Virus record (IMG/VR): IMGVR_UViG_3300046615_000208
Coordinates: 64,001-128,000 of that record
Origin: a virus
Lineage: Duplodnaviria > Caudoviricetes
Direction: 5' to 3' (one strand)
Length of the DNA: 64,000 nucleotides
Shown here piece by piece: positions 19,037 through 28,878 of this stretch. The notes below the pieces were generated by a model. It was given only the letters and a program-made list of their open reading frames with translations, was not told where the DNA came from and made no database searches. Within the stretch, counting starts at the first letter, position 1. Each line of letters opens with the position of its first letter. A program made the position numbers and the translations under genes.

Positions 19037-19423
19037 ATGATGAAGAAACTTATTATTGCAGGCGTTATCGCCATTGCCGCTTTCTCGCTGACCGGCTGTC
19101 AGAACCTCGTCCAGAACGAACCGGTTGTGTGTACGGTGGTGGACAAGGACCGATCAACCGAATCCTCGAAGAACGGTTCCAAGTCCGTCTTCCGTATCTA
19201 CACCGAGAACTGTGGTGAGGACAACGAGACGCTGGGTCTTGCCGACAACATCTTGCAGGGCAACTTGCGCTCGTCGGACATGTACGCCAAGATCAAGGTA
19301 GGCGAGACCTACCGGTTCGAGACCGTAGGTATCCGTAACGGAGCCTTCTCATCCTTCCGCGAGATCGTACGGTTCACCAAGGTGTCGGCACCAGTGCCGG
19401 GAATGACGGAGCCTGCCAAGTGA
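19037..19423 (+). CDS. lipoprotein
   Basis: signal peptide with lipobox LTGC. Confidence 0.8.
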   Translation: MMKKLIIAGVIAIAAFSLTGCQNLVQNEPVVCTVVDKDRSTESSKNGSKSVFRIYTENCGEDNETLGLADNILQGNLRSSDMYAKIKVGETYRFETVGIRNGAFSSFREIVRFTKVSAPVPGMTEPAK

Positions 19424-19644
19424 CCAAGCTCCAGAAGATCATCAGCCTTACGGCGGCGTTCGTCCTCATGGTAGGCTTGAGTGCCTGTGCCACTGACGGG
19501 ACAGTATACAACGCGGACAAGACGTACGAGTTTACAATGACCATGAATGATGGTACGGTTGTACCATGCATCAAGCACGAGGACTTCTACGGGTTCGCTT
19601 GCAACTTCGACAAGGCAGTCCGGTCCAACACACCGAAGCCATGA
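19420..19644 (+). CDS. small lipoprotein
   Basis: signal peptide with lipobox LSAC. Confidence 0.75.
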   Translation: MTKLQKIISLTAAFVLMVGLSACATDGTVYNADKTYEFTMTMNDGTVVPCIKHEDFYGFACNFDKAVRSNTPKP

Positions 19645-19826
19645 CCGAAGACGGGACTTTCGAAAAGGGAGACCGTGTCAAGATCAACGCTCCGAAGGAG
19701 ACCTGCCACGGACGGACTGGCGTAGTTGACAACTACACCGAGTCTGGTAAGCTCATCTACGTAACCACTCAGACCGGCAGGGTCTGGGTGTATCCGTGGG
19801 AGATAGCCCTACACAAGGAGAGGTAG
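19641..19826 (+). CDS. SH3/KOW-like small protein
   Basis: FEKGDRVKI...HGRTGVV. Confidence 0.7.
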   Translation: MTEDGTFEKGDRVKINAPKETCHGRTGVVDNYTESGKLIYVTTQTGRVWVYPWEIALHKER

Positions 19827-19828
19827 CA

Positions 19829-20011
19829 ATGTACAAAGAAGGCGACAAGGTCCGCATCATTGCCAAGGATGATTCCGAGTACGGCAGGGTATGTCCTGTT
19901 CACGGTATGTCCGGAGACCACACCGTGTGGGTCAACGTAGGGTTCGGTATGGCTTGGCGCTACCGACCCGATGAAGTAGAAGCAGTAACCGACAACCAAG
20001 AAGGAGAATAG
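19829..20011 (+). CDS. SH3/KOW-like small protein
   Basis: YKEGDKVRI. Confidence 0.7.
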   Translation: MYKEGDKVRIIAKDDSEYGRVCPVHGMSGDHTVWVNVGFGMAWRYRPDEVEAVTDNQEGE

Positions 20012-20014
20012 ACA

Positions 20015-20152
20015 ATGGCACGATTCAATGGTAAGCAGTACAAGGGTGCGCAGAAGGCACTCAAGGAAATCCGCCGAGAAGAGGCAGAGAAGCGTGACGC
20101 GCAGACCCTGCCCGAGAACCGCCGTCAGGCGCGTCTTACAAAAGACGCATAG
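20015..20152 (+). CDS. small basic protein
   Basis: AAGGAG RBS; MARFNGKQYKGAQK...LTKDA, whose last codons are the repeat motif. Confidence 0.65.
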   Translation: MARFNGKQYKGAQKALKEIRREEAEKRDAQTLPENRRQARLTKDA

Positions 20153-20241
20153 CTCGACCTCATGCGGCTACCGTGTTGACAGCAGCACGGTGGCCGTATA
20201 AGCTTTAGCTACAAGATCAAATCAAACCGAAAGGGAAGATC

Positions 20242-20730
20242 ATGAAGTTTGCAGTCGGAGACAAGGTAACCATCAAATCCGCGAGCAAGACGTGGAGCGG
20301 GGTACGTGCCGTGGTTAAGGAGCATGATTCCGAAGAGAAGATGTACCCGTACACGCTGACCCTGATCGATGATACCAGTACCGGATCGTACAAGAGCGGC
20401 GATACCGCCGAGGCATTCCGAGAGGATGAACTGGTGGCGATGGCTGACGTGGTTGCGGCAGACATCGAGAAGGCCAAGCAACTGCTCCAGAAGCACGGTA
20501 TCCCCTTCCGCATCTACTCTCGCGAGGACGTGGACAAGATGCTGAACGTGTACGAACAGGACCCGAACGATCCACTGGATACCCGTACGTTCCGCAGTGA
20601 GATCGCCGCCTTCATCATGGAGGGGCAGGACTGGAAGAATCTCTCTGACAAGGGGCAGGACGACGAGGCCGCTATCTGGGACATGGTAGAGGGTGCACGT
20701 AACGATCACCCGGAATGGTTCGTGAACTGA
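20242..20730 (+). CDS. SH3-like domain protein
   Basis: FAVGDKVTI. Confidence 0.75.
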   Translation: MKFAVGDKVTIKSASKTWSGVRAVVKEHDSEEKMYPYTLTLIDDTSTGSYKSGDTAEAFREDELVAMADVVAADIEKAKQLLQKHGIPFRIYSREDVDKMLNVYEQDPNDPLDTRTFRSEIAAFIMEGQDWKNLSDKGQDDEAAIWDMVEGARNDHPEWFVN

Positions 20731-20918
20731 TGGCACGGATGAGTTTCACGGTTGAGGCCGTGGGTGAGAAAGTACGACTAAAGCAGGAGGACGGTACCTA
20801 CACGGACTTCTCCCCTGCTCCTGCCAACCAGATGGCAGGAGGTTTAATTAAGGCGGCGATGGAAGCAAACGGGCAGATACCCCCGAAGGCACTTACGATC
20901 ACGTTTCACTTCGAATAG
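20730..20918 (+). CDS. hypothetical protein
   Basis: TGATG coupling. Confidence 0.6.
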   Translation: MARMSFTVEAVGEKVRLKQEDGTYTDFSPAPANQMAGGLIKAAMEANGQIPPKALTITFHFE

Positions 20919-20968
20919 TTACAAGAAACGCATTTGACACCCCCGACCGAGGAAGGTAGGCTGTAGGT

Positions 20969-21256
20969 ATGAAGACAGACGGAACACCAGAGACCGAGTT
21001 CGAAGAGGCCATGCCGCTGCTCGCCGCTATCGTAGGGCAGAACGCACGTGACCTCCAGTGGACTAACGACCAACTGCTGGCAAGCAAGGAGCGACAGCTT
21101 CGCCAGATGCAACAGGACTACGTGAAGCTGTACGCGTCCATGCAGAAGGTGGCAGAACGTACCGACTCCGCCACTGCCTACAGCGCACTGGACAGGTTCT
21201 GGCACGTGAACGAAGATGCCAAGAAAGAACTTGCCAAACCGGATGATGTGTACTAG
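20969..21256 (+). CDS. coiled-coil hypothetical protein
   Basis: leaderless after TTGACA-17-TAGGCT. Confidence 0.7.
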   Translation: MKTDGTPETEFEEAMPLLAAIVGQNARDLQWTNDQLLASKERQLRQMQQDYVKLYASMQKVAERTDSATAYSALDRFWHVNEDAKKELAKPDDVY

Positions 21257-21288
21257 ACTGGTATTACACCAAGCGAAAGGAAAAGAAC

Positions 21289-21648
21289 ATGTGGCAAGAT
21301 AAGCTTAAGTTCAGCGTCGGAGACACCGTCAAGATCGTCCGGGACAACAAGGTCTGGAACGGATCGGTGGCAAAGATCGCGGCAATCACCAACGACGCAC
21401 GGTACCCCTACCTGCTTCACTTCATTTCCTCATCGCGGCCCAACACCGTGGGCGAGAAGTTTGAGTGGGACGAGGAATCGCTCGACCGCCATGACATGAA
21501 CCAGCGTGTCAAGCTGGAGCGGATCATTGCGGAGAAGTTCTCCCATCCGGTAGATGTGTTCTACTCACCGACTACCGGCTGTGCGGTAGTCATGGCACCG
21601 AACGGATACCTGTTCCGTATCCTTGCCGATGGGACCATCGACAAGTGA
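21289..21648 (+). CDS. SH3-like domain protein
   Basis: FSVGDTVKI; resembles the N-terminus of 20242..20730. Confidence 0.75.
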   Translation: MWQDKLKFSVGDTVKIVRDNKVWNGSVAKIAAITNDARYPYLLHFISSSRPNTVGEKFEWDEESLDRHDMNQRVKLERIIAEKFSHPVDVFYSPTTGCAVVMAPNGYLFRILADGTIDK

Positions 21649-21802
21649 TGTGTAATGAATGCAAGTTAGACAACGGCTGGCACCACGTAGAGTGTAGTCA
21701 AAAGGTATCCATACTCTGGACCACTACACTCACCAAATAAATAGAACCGACCCGAAGGGCCATCCACTTGACAGTGAGTGGCCCTTTGTGTATGCTAGAG
21801 AT

Positions 21803-22015
21803 ATGAAGAAAGCATGGCAGTACCGTAAAGGTGTAGTCCTCATTAAGGGAGACACCGACCCGCTGTTGTCCGCTACGCTGACCAAGGTGGGCTGGAACAA
21901 GTGGCGGCATCACTACTACAGGCAGACCGACCCCAACCTAGACGGCTGGGAGATACGGACTGACAAGCATGTTCAGACACTAATTGACAACAGAGCAGTG
22001 GAGAGGGTAGTGTAG
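21803..22015 (+). CDS. hypothetical protein (paralog of next gene)
   Basis: YRKGVV...ATLTKVGWNKW. Confidence 0.7.
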   Translation: MKKAWQYRKGVVLIKGDTDPLLSATLTKVGWNKWRHHYYRQTDPNLDGWEIRTDKHVQTLIDNRAVERVV

Positions 22016-22019
22016 AGAT

Positions 22020-22238
22020 ATGAAGAAGCCAAGCAGATACCGTGTCGGATCAGTGTTCATCTACAACGCAGGTCACCCGATGTTCGAAGCCACTTTGTCC
22101 AAGGTAGGACCGGACCACTGGATGAAGGTCAACCACAAGAGCAAGGTCCGCCAGTACTACAGTAACAAAACGGTAGAGGACCTGTTCGCTACCAAGCTGT
22201 TGACTCTGATTCATGACTCTGGTAAGGTGGAGCGGTAG
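22020..22238 (+). CDS. hypothetical protein (paralog of previous gene)
   Basis: YRVGSV...ATLSKVGPDHW. Confidence 0.7.
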   Translation: MKKPSRYRVGSVFIYNAGHPMFEATLSKVGPDHWMKVNHKSKVRQYYSNKTVEDLFATKLLTLIHDSGKVER

Positions 22239-22342
22239 GTTGACAAGGGTGCGGTAAGTGTGTATATTATCTACTTCCAAGGTTTACGGTATAATAGAGG
22301 TAGAAGCACAATCCTCTAGATACTAAAGCACTAGGAACTAAG

Positions 22343-22942
22343 ATGTCAGAAAATCCCTTCCTGTCACCCCCACCGCCCCCTCCGTTCAACCCCGAGGACA
22401 CTACCGTTGTGTCCCGAAGTGCCGGAAAGAACTCTGCCGCAGAGCAGGGCCAGAACATCCCAATGGGATGGAAACCGACAGCCGCAGAACCCGTTGCCGT
22501 AATTCGTTGCACCGGTACCGCCAGCACTACGGGTGAGCAGTGCAAGCGTTGGAGCCTACGTGGCACCAACGTCTGCACTAAGCACGGTGGACAGCTACCG
22601 TCAGTCCGTGAGCACGCCGAGGCGGTGGTGGAATCAGCCCGCATGAGGTTGATGGGAATGGCTGACGATGCCGTAGACGGACTGGAAGACCTCATTGCTA
22701 TCGGCACTGCGCCACAGATTCGGCTTGCCGCTATCAAGGAAGTTCTGGACCGCTCAGGCGTGAAGGGTGGACCCGACCTATCCGTTGAGGTCACGCACTC
22801 CGTATCATACAAAGACGAAATCTTCAACCGCCTCAAGGAAATCAAAGAGCGCAAGGAAGCCATGGAGAAAGAGAAGGCTGCAATCCTTGGAGAAGATATT
22901 GTTGATGCCGAGGTAGTTGACGAAGCCGAAGAAACCGAGTAA
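22343..22942 (+). CDS. HGGxSTG-like Zn-finger protein, possible terminase small subunit
   Basis: RCTG..STTGEQCKRW....TNVCTKHGG, then helical IRLAAIKEVLDRSG segment typical of TerS-like proteins. Confidence 0.55.
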   Translation: MSENPFLSPPPPPPFNPEDTTVVSRSAGKNSAAEQGQNIPMGWKPTAAEPVAVIRCTGTASTTGEQCKRWSLRGTNVCTKHGGQLPSVREHAEAVVESARMRLMGMADDAVDGLEDLIAIGTAPQIRLAAIKEVLDRSGVKGGPDLSVEVTHSVSYKDEIFNRLKEIKERKEAMEKEKAAILGEDIVDAEVVDEAEETE

Positions 22943-22951
22943 GCTGTAGCC

Positions 22952-23269
22952 ATGGAAGATAATGTAGAGGATGGGACCGAGGGCGGCTACACCGCTTCTG
23001 CGGAAATCCCACCAGAAGAGCTAGAGAAGATGCGGCGAATGCGCCCGCAGTTTTTCACCGACAACATTGACGAGCAATACGACGAGGCCATGGAACTCTT
23101 CGGAGGCAAACCGATCCCCAAGATCGGAGAGCCTGCCGAGTACATCATCACCGACCGAAACATGGTGCCGTCCCTCTCCGAGGCCTACCGTAAGGCCCTC
23201 ATCGAGAAGTACGGGCACATCCCCGAACTGAACGAAATGGTTGCGGTGGACGAGGAACCCGACGACTAG
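22952..23269 (+). CDS. acidic hypothetical protein
   Basis: ORF whose stop overlaps the repeat motif. Confidence 0.7.
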   Translation: MEDNVEDGTEGGYTASAEIPPEELEKMRRMRPQFFTDNIDEQYDEAMELFGGKPIPKIGEPAEYIITDRNMVPSLSEAYRKALIEKYGHIPELNEMVAVDEEPDD

Positions 23270-23330
23270 TTACAAGAAACGCACAGCGGCTCCACTTGAC
23301 GGTGGGGCCGTTTGCATGTAAGCTGTAACC

Positions 23331-23957
23331 ATGAACACATTCAAAGAAGGCGACCGTGTCTCCCACCCGAACTACGGAGAGGGTACCGTTACCAGTCCTT
23401 ACCCCGGAACCGGATGGCCTACCGTTCGGTTCGACACCGATGGATTGATCTCGACCGATGCTTCCCTGCTGACACCGGTACGGGCAACTCCTGCCCCACT
23501 TTTCAAGACAGGCGACCGCGTCATTCATCCGCTCCATGGTCCCGCTGGTGTTCTCGGATACGATGCGGCCCGTAAGCTGGTGGAGATCGTGCCGAACACG
23601 TACGGTGGGAACTCCACTCACGTCCATCCGTCCAGCTTGACACTGGCCGAACCGCCCACTAAGTTCAAGGTAGGAGACCGAGTCTCCCACCGCATCCACC
23701 GTGACGGTACCGTGGAAGACATACAGGCCAACGGGTTGCATGTCGTGAACATCGGCGGTAACCGTGTCTACATGGCACTGGAACACCAGATCAGCCATGC
23801 GGTACCGGAACCGACCTACCACATCTGCATCGAAGAGATTACCGGTGCCGCTCATGTTCCCGGTAGCCTTACCGCAAAAGAAGTTGCCAACTACATCGAG
23901 CATGCGCTAGACTGGCGGGTAGCTAAGGAAATCACGATCACCAAGGAAGGAAACTAA
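23331..23957 (+). CDS. triple SH3-like (FKxGDRVxH) repeat protein
   Basis: three repeats FKEGDRVSHP, FKTGDRVIHP, FKVGDRVSHR. Confidence 0.8.
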   Translation: MNTFKEGDRVSHPNYGEGTVTSPYPGTGWPTVRFDTDGLISTDASLLTPVRATPAPLFKTGDRVIHPLHGPAGVLGYDAARKLVEIVPNTYGGNSTHVHPSSLTLAEPPTKFKVGDRVSHRIHRDGTVEDIQANGLHVVNIGGNRVYMALEHQISHAVPEPTYHICIEEITGAAHVPGSLTAKEVANYIEHALDWRVAKEITITKEGN

Positions 23958-24220
23958 TGACCGTCTTCCACAACCCTCCGAAGCCCGGAGACGAGGTCAC
24001 CCTGCTGGCCTACGTCAACACCGCCATCAACGACTTCGAACTCTCTCCCGGTGATACCGCTACCGTGTCCCGTATCGACGGGGACGAAATCTACCTTGAC
24101 GTGGTCTACACCTCAGCACACGCCAACTCACCCTATGCCGGTGAACATGAGGACTGGTTCACGGTCCCGTTTGACGAGGCCGACGAATACTTCGCAGGCA
24201 TCATCCGGATCGAAGAGTAG
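23957..24220 (+). CDS. hypothetical protein
   Basis: TAATG coupling. Confidence 0.7.
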   Translation: MTVFHNPPKPGDEVTLLAYVNTAINDFELSPGDTATVSRIDGDEIYLDVVYTSAHANSPYAGEHEDWFTVPFDEADEYFAGIIRIEE

Positions 24221-24250
24221 AGTTACAAAAAACGCATAGAAAGGAACAGC

Positions 24251-24391
24251 ATGGAAAATGAATTTGGAGAGAACCCGTCCTTCTACATCTGGCCCGAGGG
24301 CCACGAGGAAGGCACCGCCTATCCGGAGGACTTCGATGAGCGGCTAGCCCGAGCGCTCGCGACTGAAGGTCTGGACTACGAACGGGTCTAG
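24251..24391 (+). CDS. small acidic protein
   Basis: AAAGGA RBS; flanked by two repeat motifs. Confidence 0.65.
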   Translation: MENEFGENPSFYIWPEGHEEGTAYPEDFDERLARALATEGLDYERV

Positions 24392-24452
24392 TTACAAAAA
24401 ACGCATAGCGGTCACGGTTTACATCGTGGCCGCTTTTGTGTATATTAGAGGC

Positions 24453-24653
24453 ATGGAGACATTCAAAGTAGGAGACAGAGTTATCTTCCGTCCGTCACAG
24501 GGCGAGGCGCTAGACGCTACCGTGACAGATGTATTCGGTACCGCCGAAGCGTTCGGCGGATCATACGGAATCAATCTGGACGAACCGTGGGCGGTCATTG
24601 GTGGCGAGACCGAGACAGCCGCTCACGGTATGGAACTTACAAAAAACGCATAG
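24453..24653 (+). CDS. SH3-like small protein
   Basis: FKVGDRVIF; leaderless. Confidence 0.7.
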   Translation: METFKVGDRVIFRPSQGEALDATVTDVFGTAEAFGGSYGINLDEPWAVIGGETETAAHGMELTKNA

Positions 24654-24688
24654 TTGACTTAACCGACCCGAGAGGCTAGACTCAAACC

Positions 24689-25081
24689 ATGGACATCAAG
24701 ACAACCGCAGTATGGATCAATCCCGACGACGAGTTCACCGATGAGATGGGCCACCGCCACAAGGCGCTACGGATCGACCGTGTCGAACGGACGGACGGGT
24801 ACTACGTCTACGTGGAAGGTCAGGGCTACCCTGAATTCTACCTGCGCACGCATGCGGTCACCATCCACGTCCCCGATACCAAGTTCCAACCGGGTGACTG
24901 GGTCACCGCCCGATCCGGTAAGGGTGACGTGTACCAGATCAGCCGTGCCTTCAAGGATCGTTGGGGGAAGACCTACTACGTGTTCGACAACGGATCGGTG
25001 GATATCCGCAAGCGGAACCGCTCCGGTTGGCACGAGGCAGAACGGGCCAACAAAGGTTACAAAAAACTCTTAGACTCGTAA
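24689..25081 (+). CDS. hypothetical protein, two beta-barrel-like halves
   Basis: leaderless; FQPGDWV. Confidence 0.7.
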   Translation: MDIKTTAVWINPDDEFTDEMGHRHKALRIDRVERTDGYYVYVEGQGYPEFYLRTHAVTIHVPDTKFQPGDWVTARSGKGDVYQISRAFKDRWGKTYYVFDNGSVDIRKRNRSGWHEAERANKGYKKLLDS

Positions 25082-25117
25082 GTTGCATTCCACCGACCGA
25101 GAGGGTAAGCTAGAACC

Positions 25118-25255
25118 ATGACACATTACCTAGACCCTACGGGTGCCGTGTACTGCGGTGCGGTACTGGGACCGGATGACACCCCGGACACCATTGATTC
25201 TCCGCTTCCCGCTCACGAGGTCTGCCGCGAGTGCGACCGTCTAGCCTCCGCTTAG
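25118..25255 (+). CDS. small Cys-containing protein
   Basis: leaderless ATG after TAAGCT; stop overlaps motif. Confidence 0.55.
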   Translation: MTHYLDPTGAVYCGAVLGPDDTPDTIDSPLPAHEVCRECDRLASA

Positions 25256-25283
25256 TTACAAAAACCGCTTAGGAAGGAGCAAC

Positions 25284-25493
25284 ATGAGTAAGAAACGGGC
25301 ACCGTTCAGTCTGGACCTGAACCTGAAGCTAGCAACCGTCAACCGGGATACGGATACGTCTATGTCCATTGACTTCTGGGACCGCAACGATGAGCAGGTG
25401 GCTGTGATCAATTCCAGCCCCGCCCAGCTTCAGGCGTTCGCTCTTCGCATCCTCCAGCAGGTCCAGTACAACCTAGAGGACCGGGAGAAGTAG
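25284..25493 (+). CDS. hypothetical protein
   Basis: AAGGAG RBS; bounded by motifs. Confidence 0.7.
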   Translation: MSKKRAPFSLDLNLKLATVNRDTDTSMSIDFWDRNDEQVAVINSSPAQLQAFALRILQQVQYNLEDREK

Positions 25494-25595
25494 TTACAAA
25501 AAACTCTTAGACCGATAGGGTTGACAAATTTAATACGGGTGCCGTAGTGTTGTCCTCATCAACCGAAAGGATAGCACTACCGAAAGGACCCCGAA

Positions 25596-25976
25596 ATGTC
25601 AACTCCACTCCCTCCCCAGTACGCACCGTTCCAGTCCCAGCCTCAGCCTCCCGCACCGAAGAAGCGGTTCAACTGGAAGCTGGCGCTGGCCATCTTCGCC
25701 GCCGTCCTCATTGGCGGGGTCATCGGGTCCGTGTCCAATCCCGCACCGCCCCCGGTGGTGCAGGTACAGGAGAAGGAAGTGGAGGTGGAGAAGGAAGTCA
25801 CCCCGGCCTCCTGTCTTGAGGCTCTGGACCTCAACGAGGAAGCTTTCAGCTACCTGTCCGACTCATTGAGTTCCACCGCAGATCAGAATTACACCGCCGC
25901 ACGCCGATCAACCGACAAGGTGGTGGCACTGGTACCCAAGGTCAACGCCGCAAAGGCCGCTTGCCGAGCCAAGTAG
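25596..25976 (+). CDS. single-pass membrane protein
   Basis: Pro-rich N-terminus, TM, two Cys. Confidence 0.75.
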   Translation: MSTPLPPQYAPFQSQPQPPAPKKRFNWKLALAIFAAVLIGGVIGSVSNPAPPPVVQVQEKEVEVEKEVTPASCLEALDLNEEAFSYLSDSLSSTADQNYTAARRSTDKVVALVPKVNAAKAACRAK

Positions 25977-26064
25977 TTACAAGAAACGCTTAGCTCTCCT
26001 GACTTGCACCGACCGCACCGATGCGGTAAGCTGTAATCACAAGCCAAACGGAAAGGTTCACATC

Positions 26065-26349
26065 ATGTCAAACACCACACCGCAGGAACTGAACGAAGCC
26101 TACGAGGCAATCACCGCATCCGACAACCGTGCCAACGTTGGCCGTTCAGACGCGATCTACCACGTCGGGAAGCTCATGACCGGAGATTGGGCACCGGAGT
26201 TCGTGTCCGACCTTCAGGCCGGGATCGCGGACACCGCCGACTACGACTACGATGCACGGTACCACTACGGCTACCTGACCGCGTGGAACACCGTCGCCGG
26301 TCTGCTCAAGGGCGAACCGCTCAAGACCATTGCCAAGAACCACGGCTAG
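26065..26349 (+). CDS. hypothetical protein
   Basis: cassette gene with RBS. Confidence 0.75.
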   Translation: MSNTTPQELNEAYEAITASDNRANVGRSDAIYHVGKLMTGDWAPEFVSDLQAGIADTADYDYDARYHYGYLTAWNTVAGLLKGEPLKTIAKNHG

Positions 26350-26358
26350 GGGAAACCG

Positions 26359-26598
26359 ATGCTTATTTCCAAGGAACTCGAAGGGGCCACCGTAGAGCGT
26401 ATCTACTGGGCCGTACCGCCCAACACATGGATTCCTACCATCGGTGAGAAGTTCGACAGCTTCCGGGAGGCAGGAGACCACGCGCTCAAGATGGTCGATG
26501 GAGGCCGTGACGCCCTTATCATCAATCGTGTGGTCTTTCGGAAGCCGAACGGTACCACCGTTGACATGGAAGTCGGACGGGAACGACGGTTCGCGTAG
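26359..26598 (+). CDS. hypothetical protein
   Basis: stop overlaps motif. Confidence 0.7.
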   Translation: MLISKELEGATVERIYWAVPPNTWIPTIGEKFDSFREAGDHALKMVDGGRDALIINRVVFRKPNGTTVDMEVGRERRFA

Positions 26599-26686
26599 TT
26601 ACAAAAACCGCTTAGCTCACAGGACTTGCAGCCGAACCGCTGATGCGGTAAGCTGGTAACACAAGCCAACCAGAAGGAGAAACAAA

Positions 26687-27004
26687 ATGGCAAATCTCAA
26701 GTTCACCCCCCAGTCCCACGAAGAAGCTGCTAAGGTCCTGTCGTTCCGGGACTCGCTGATCATCGGCCACAACACCGAACTCCGCCGTCTAGGGGATGGT
26801 TCCATCGTTGCCACGTACCACGGCAACAGCATCGTACGGTACACCACTGAAGGTGTGTTCGCCACGTACGCAGGATGGGCCACCTCCACCACCACGAACC
26901 GCCTGAACCAGCTTGCACCGGCACGGTTCAACATCAAGAACCGGGAGCCGCAGATCAACGGTAAGACGCTGGAAGACTGGTCCGAATGGGTCAAGGTCAG
27001 CTAG
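26687..27004 (+). CDS. hypothetical protein
   Basis: AAGGAG RBS; YHGNSI..GWATSTTTNRLN. Confidence 0.75.
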   Translation: MANLKFTPQSHEEAAKVLSFRDSLIIGHNTELRRLGDGSIVATYHGNSIVRYTTEGVFATYAGWATSTTTNRLNQLAPARFNIKNREPQINGKTLEDWSEWVKVS

Positions 27005-27094
27005 TTACAAAAAACGCTTACCGTATCCGTTTGCTTCCCGCTTACGGATGCGGTAAGCTTGTTTTATCAGCCCAACCGATCCGAAAGGCACACA

Positions 27095-27253
27095 ATGCAA
27101 ACCGACACACCGTCACCGTTCACCGTAGTAGGTGCCGCCGTATACGATGCGGCTACGGATACATTGGAGGAACCGAACCGATGGGAGTCAGCCGGTAAGC
27201 TTCCCGCCGACCGTGCCCTCCACGTCACGCACGAGTACCGGGACACGCTGTGA
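27095..27253 (+). CDS. hypothetical protein
   Basis: AAAGG RBS. Confidence 0.55.
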   Translation: MQTDTPSPFTVVGAAVYDAATDTLEEPNRWESAGKLPADRALHVTHEYRDTL

Positions 27254-27573
27254 ACCAGAAACAGCGGGACGAGTTCTGGAAGGATGCGGCAGAGTATACC
27301 GGAGCGATACCGTACTACCGTTTCCACGACGAGTGGTATTACCTTGTCACCGATAGCGGATACACGCCGGTAGACGAGTACACGCTACGGGAGGCGCTGG
27401 ACCTGTTCCACGACGTTACGGACGGCGAGAACTGCGCCGTCTACCTCTACCGTGGCGGTGACCATCTGGCCACCTACAACGGCGGACAGTCCGATCCGGA
27501 GGGTGAAACCACCTACCACGTTACAAAAAGCGCATTGCCGGAATGGCTTGCGGCGCTGGCCGGAAGAGTGTAG
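27250..27573 (+). CDS. hypothetical protein
   Basis: GTGA overlap. Confidence 0.7.
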   Translation: MNQKQRDEFWKDAAEYTGAIPYYRFHDEWYYLVTDSGYTPVDEYTLREALDLFHDVTDGENCAVYLYRGGDHLATYNGGQSDPEGETTYHVTKSALPEWLAALAGRV

Positions 27574-27582
27574 GCTGTAGGT

Positions 27583-27729
27583 ATGAGGATAGGAAAAGCC
27601 ATCCTGAAGGAACGGATCGAAACCAAGATCGAAGAGTACCGTGAGTCTAGGGTACAGAACTATGATCCCTATCTGGATGGCATCATGGACGGTCTGGAAT
27701 TGGCTCTCGATATTCTCGAAGAGTCCTGA
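27583..27729 (+). CDS. small hypothetical protein
   Basis: leaderless after TAGGCT. Confidence 0.55.
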   Translation: MRIGKAILKERIETKIEEYRESRVQNYDPYLDGIMDGLELALDILEES

Positions 27730-27747
27730 CTACTGAGAGGTAACACC

Positions 27748-27969
27748 ATGTTCAAGAAAAGCAAGATCACCATCTGGACTGACGGACGGTTCGCACGCAC
27801 GGAGTTGGGCGAGTTGGAAAGCGTGGAGGACGTACAGTCCGACATGACGCATGACCGCCAGTCGCATGCCATGTACCCGTCTACTCTCGCCATCGAAGAG
27901 ACCGCTACCACTCTCGTTGTGGTCAAGGAGTCCGGGACGGTTCACGTCTACAACTGGTCCAAGGACTAG
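27748..27969 (+). CDS. hypothetical protein
   Basis: GAGG RBS; stop overlaps motif. Confidence 0.7.
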   Translation: MFKKSKITIWTDGRFARTELGELESVEDVQSDMTHDRQSHAMYPSTLAIEETATTLVVVKESGTVHVYNWSKD

Positions 27970-28053
27970 TTACAAAACACGCTTAGCATCCATCTTGCAT
28001 CTGGTGCGGATGGGTGCTAAGCTTGTGTTAACAGCCAATCGAAAGGGCATCCA

Positions 28054-28200
28054 ATGATCCGTCCAGTCGCACCGTCCGTTCCCGCAGACTCCACCAAGCC
28101 GGAAGACATCAAGGCATGGGACGACTACTACGCCGCTTGCGAAACCTATGCGGACATGTTGAAGCCTTGCATGGATCGTAGTTGGGATGGCGGCTGGTAG
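28054..28200 (+). CDS. small hypothetical protein
   Basis: AAAGGG RBS; stop overlaps motif. Confidence 0.6.
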   Translation: MIRPVAPSVPADSTKPEDIKAWDDYYAACETYADMLKPCMDRSWDGGW

Positions 28201-28290
28201 TTACAAAAAGCGCATCACCGCTAGGTTTGACAGCCTAGCGGTGATGCCGTAAGCTTTAGTTATCAGCCAAACCAACCGGGAGGAAAAGAA

Positions 28291-28584
28291 ATGATGCAGT
28301 TCTCGAAAACCACCATCCAATCCGCAGCCGATGACGTAGCACGATCCGCAGACATTGAACTGGTGTTCAACCAGTCCGACCTTTTCGTGATCGCGGATAG
28401 CTCGGAAGCGATCAACGAGTTTGAGACGCGTCTCGCGGCTCACACGGTAGTCTGGGAGGGTCCGACCGCCTTGGACGCCGCAGGCATGTTGCGGACGCTT
28501 ACGGACTTGCAGGGCGAGCGTGCCGAGTTCCGTCCCCGCCACACCGAGGGGTGGCAAGCCCGATACAACATCGTGGCCCGGTAG
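28291..28584 (+). CDS. hypothetical protein
   Basis: GGAGG RBS; cassette. Confidence 0.75.
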   Translation: MMQFSKTTIQSAADDVARSADIELVFNQSDLFVIADSSEAINEFETRLAAHTVVWEGPTALDAAGMLRTLTDLQGERAEFRPRHTEGWQARYNIVAR

Positions 28585-28668
28585 TTACAAAAGACGCATA
28601 GCGGATCGCCTTGACAGGTGGTCCGCTGTGCCATAGACTGGAGTCACCAACAAGCCAAGGAGGCCACA

Positions 28669-28878
28669 ATGTCTTTCCCGTTCACAGCAACCGCCGTAAC
28701 AACCGTCATCATGGGTGACAACATACCCGCCCACGACGAGACGCTAGACCTTGCCGAGACCATCGGCCAAAAGCTGGACGAGTTCCGCGAGTACATCACC
28801 AGCGTACGGGACGCGGAACAGGCCCACGATGCGGTAAAGGAACTCCTAGCGGCTCTGCTGGAAGAGGCCAGCAAGTAG
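28669..28878 (+). CDS. hypothetical protein
   Basis: AAGGAGG RBS; cassette. Confidence 0.75.
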   Translation: MSFPFTATAVTTVIMGDNIPAHDETLDLAETIGQKLDEFREYITSVRDAEQAHDAVKELLAALLEEASK

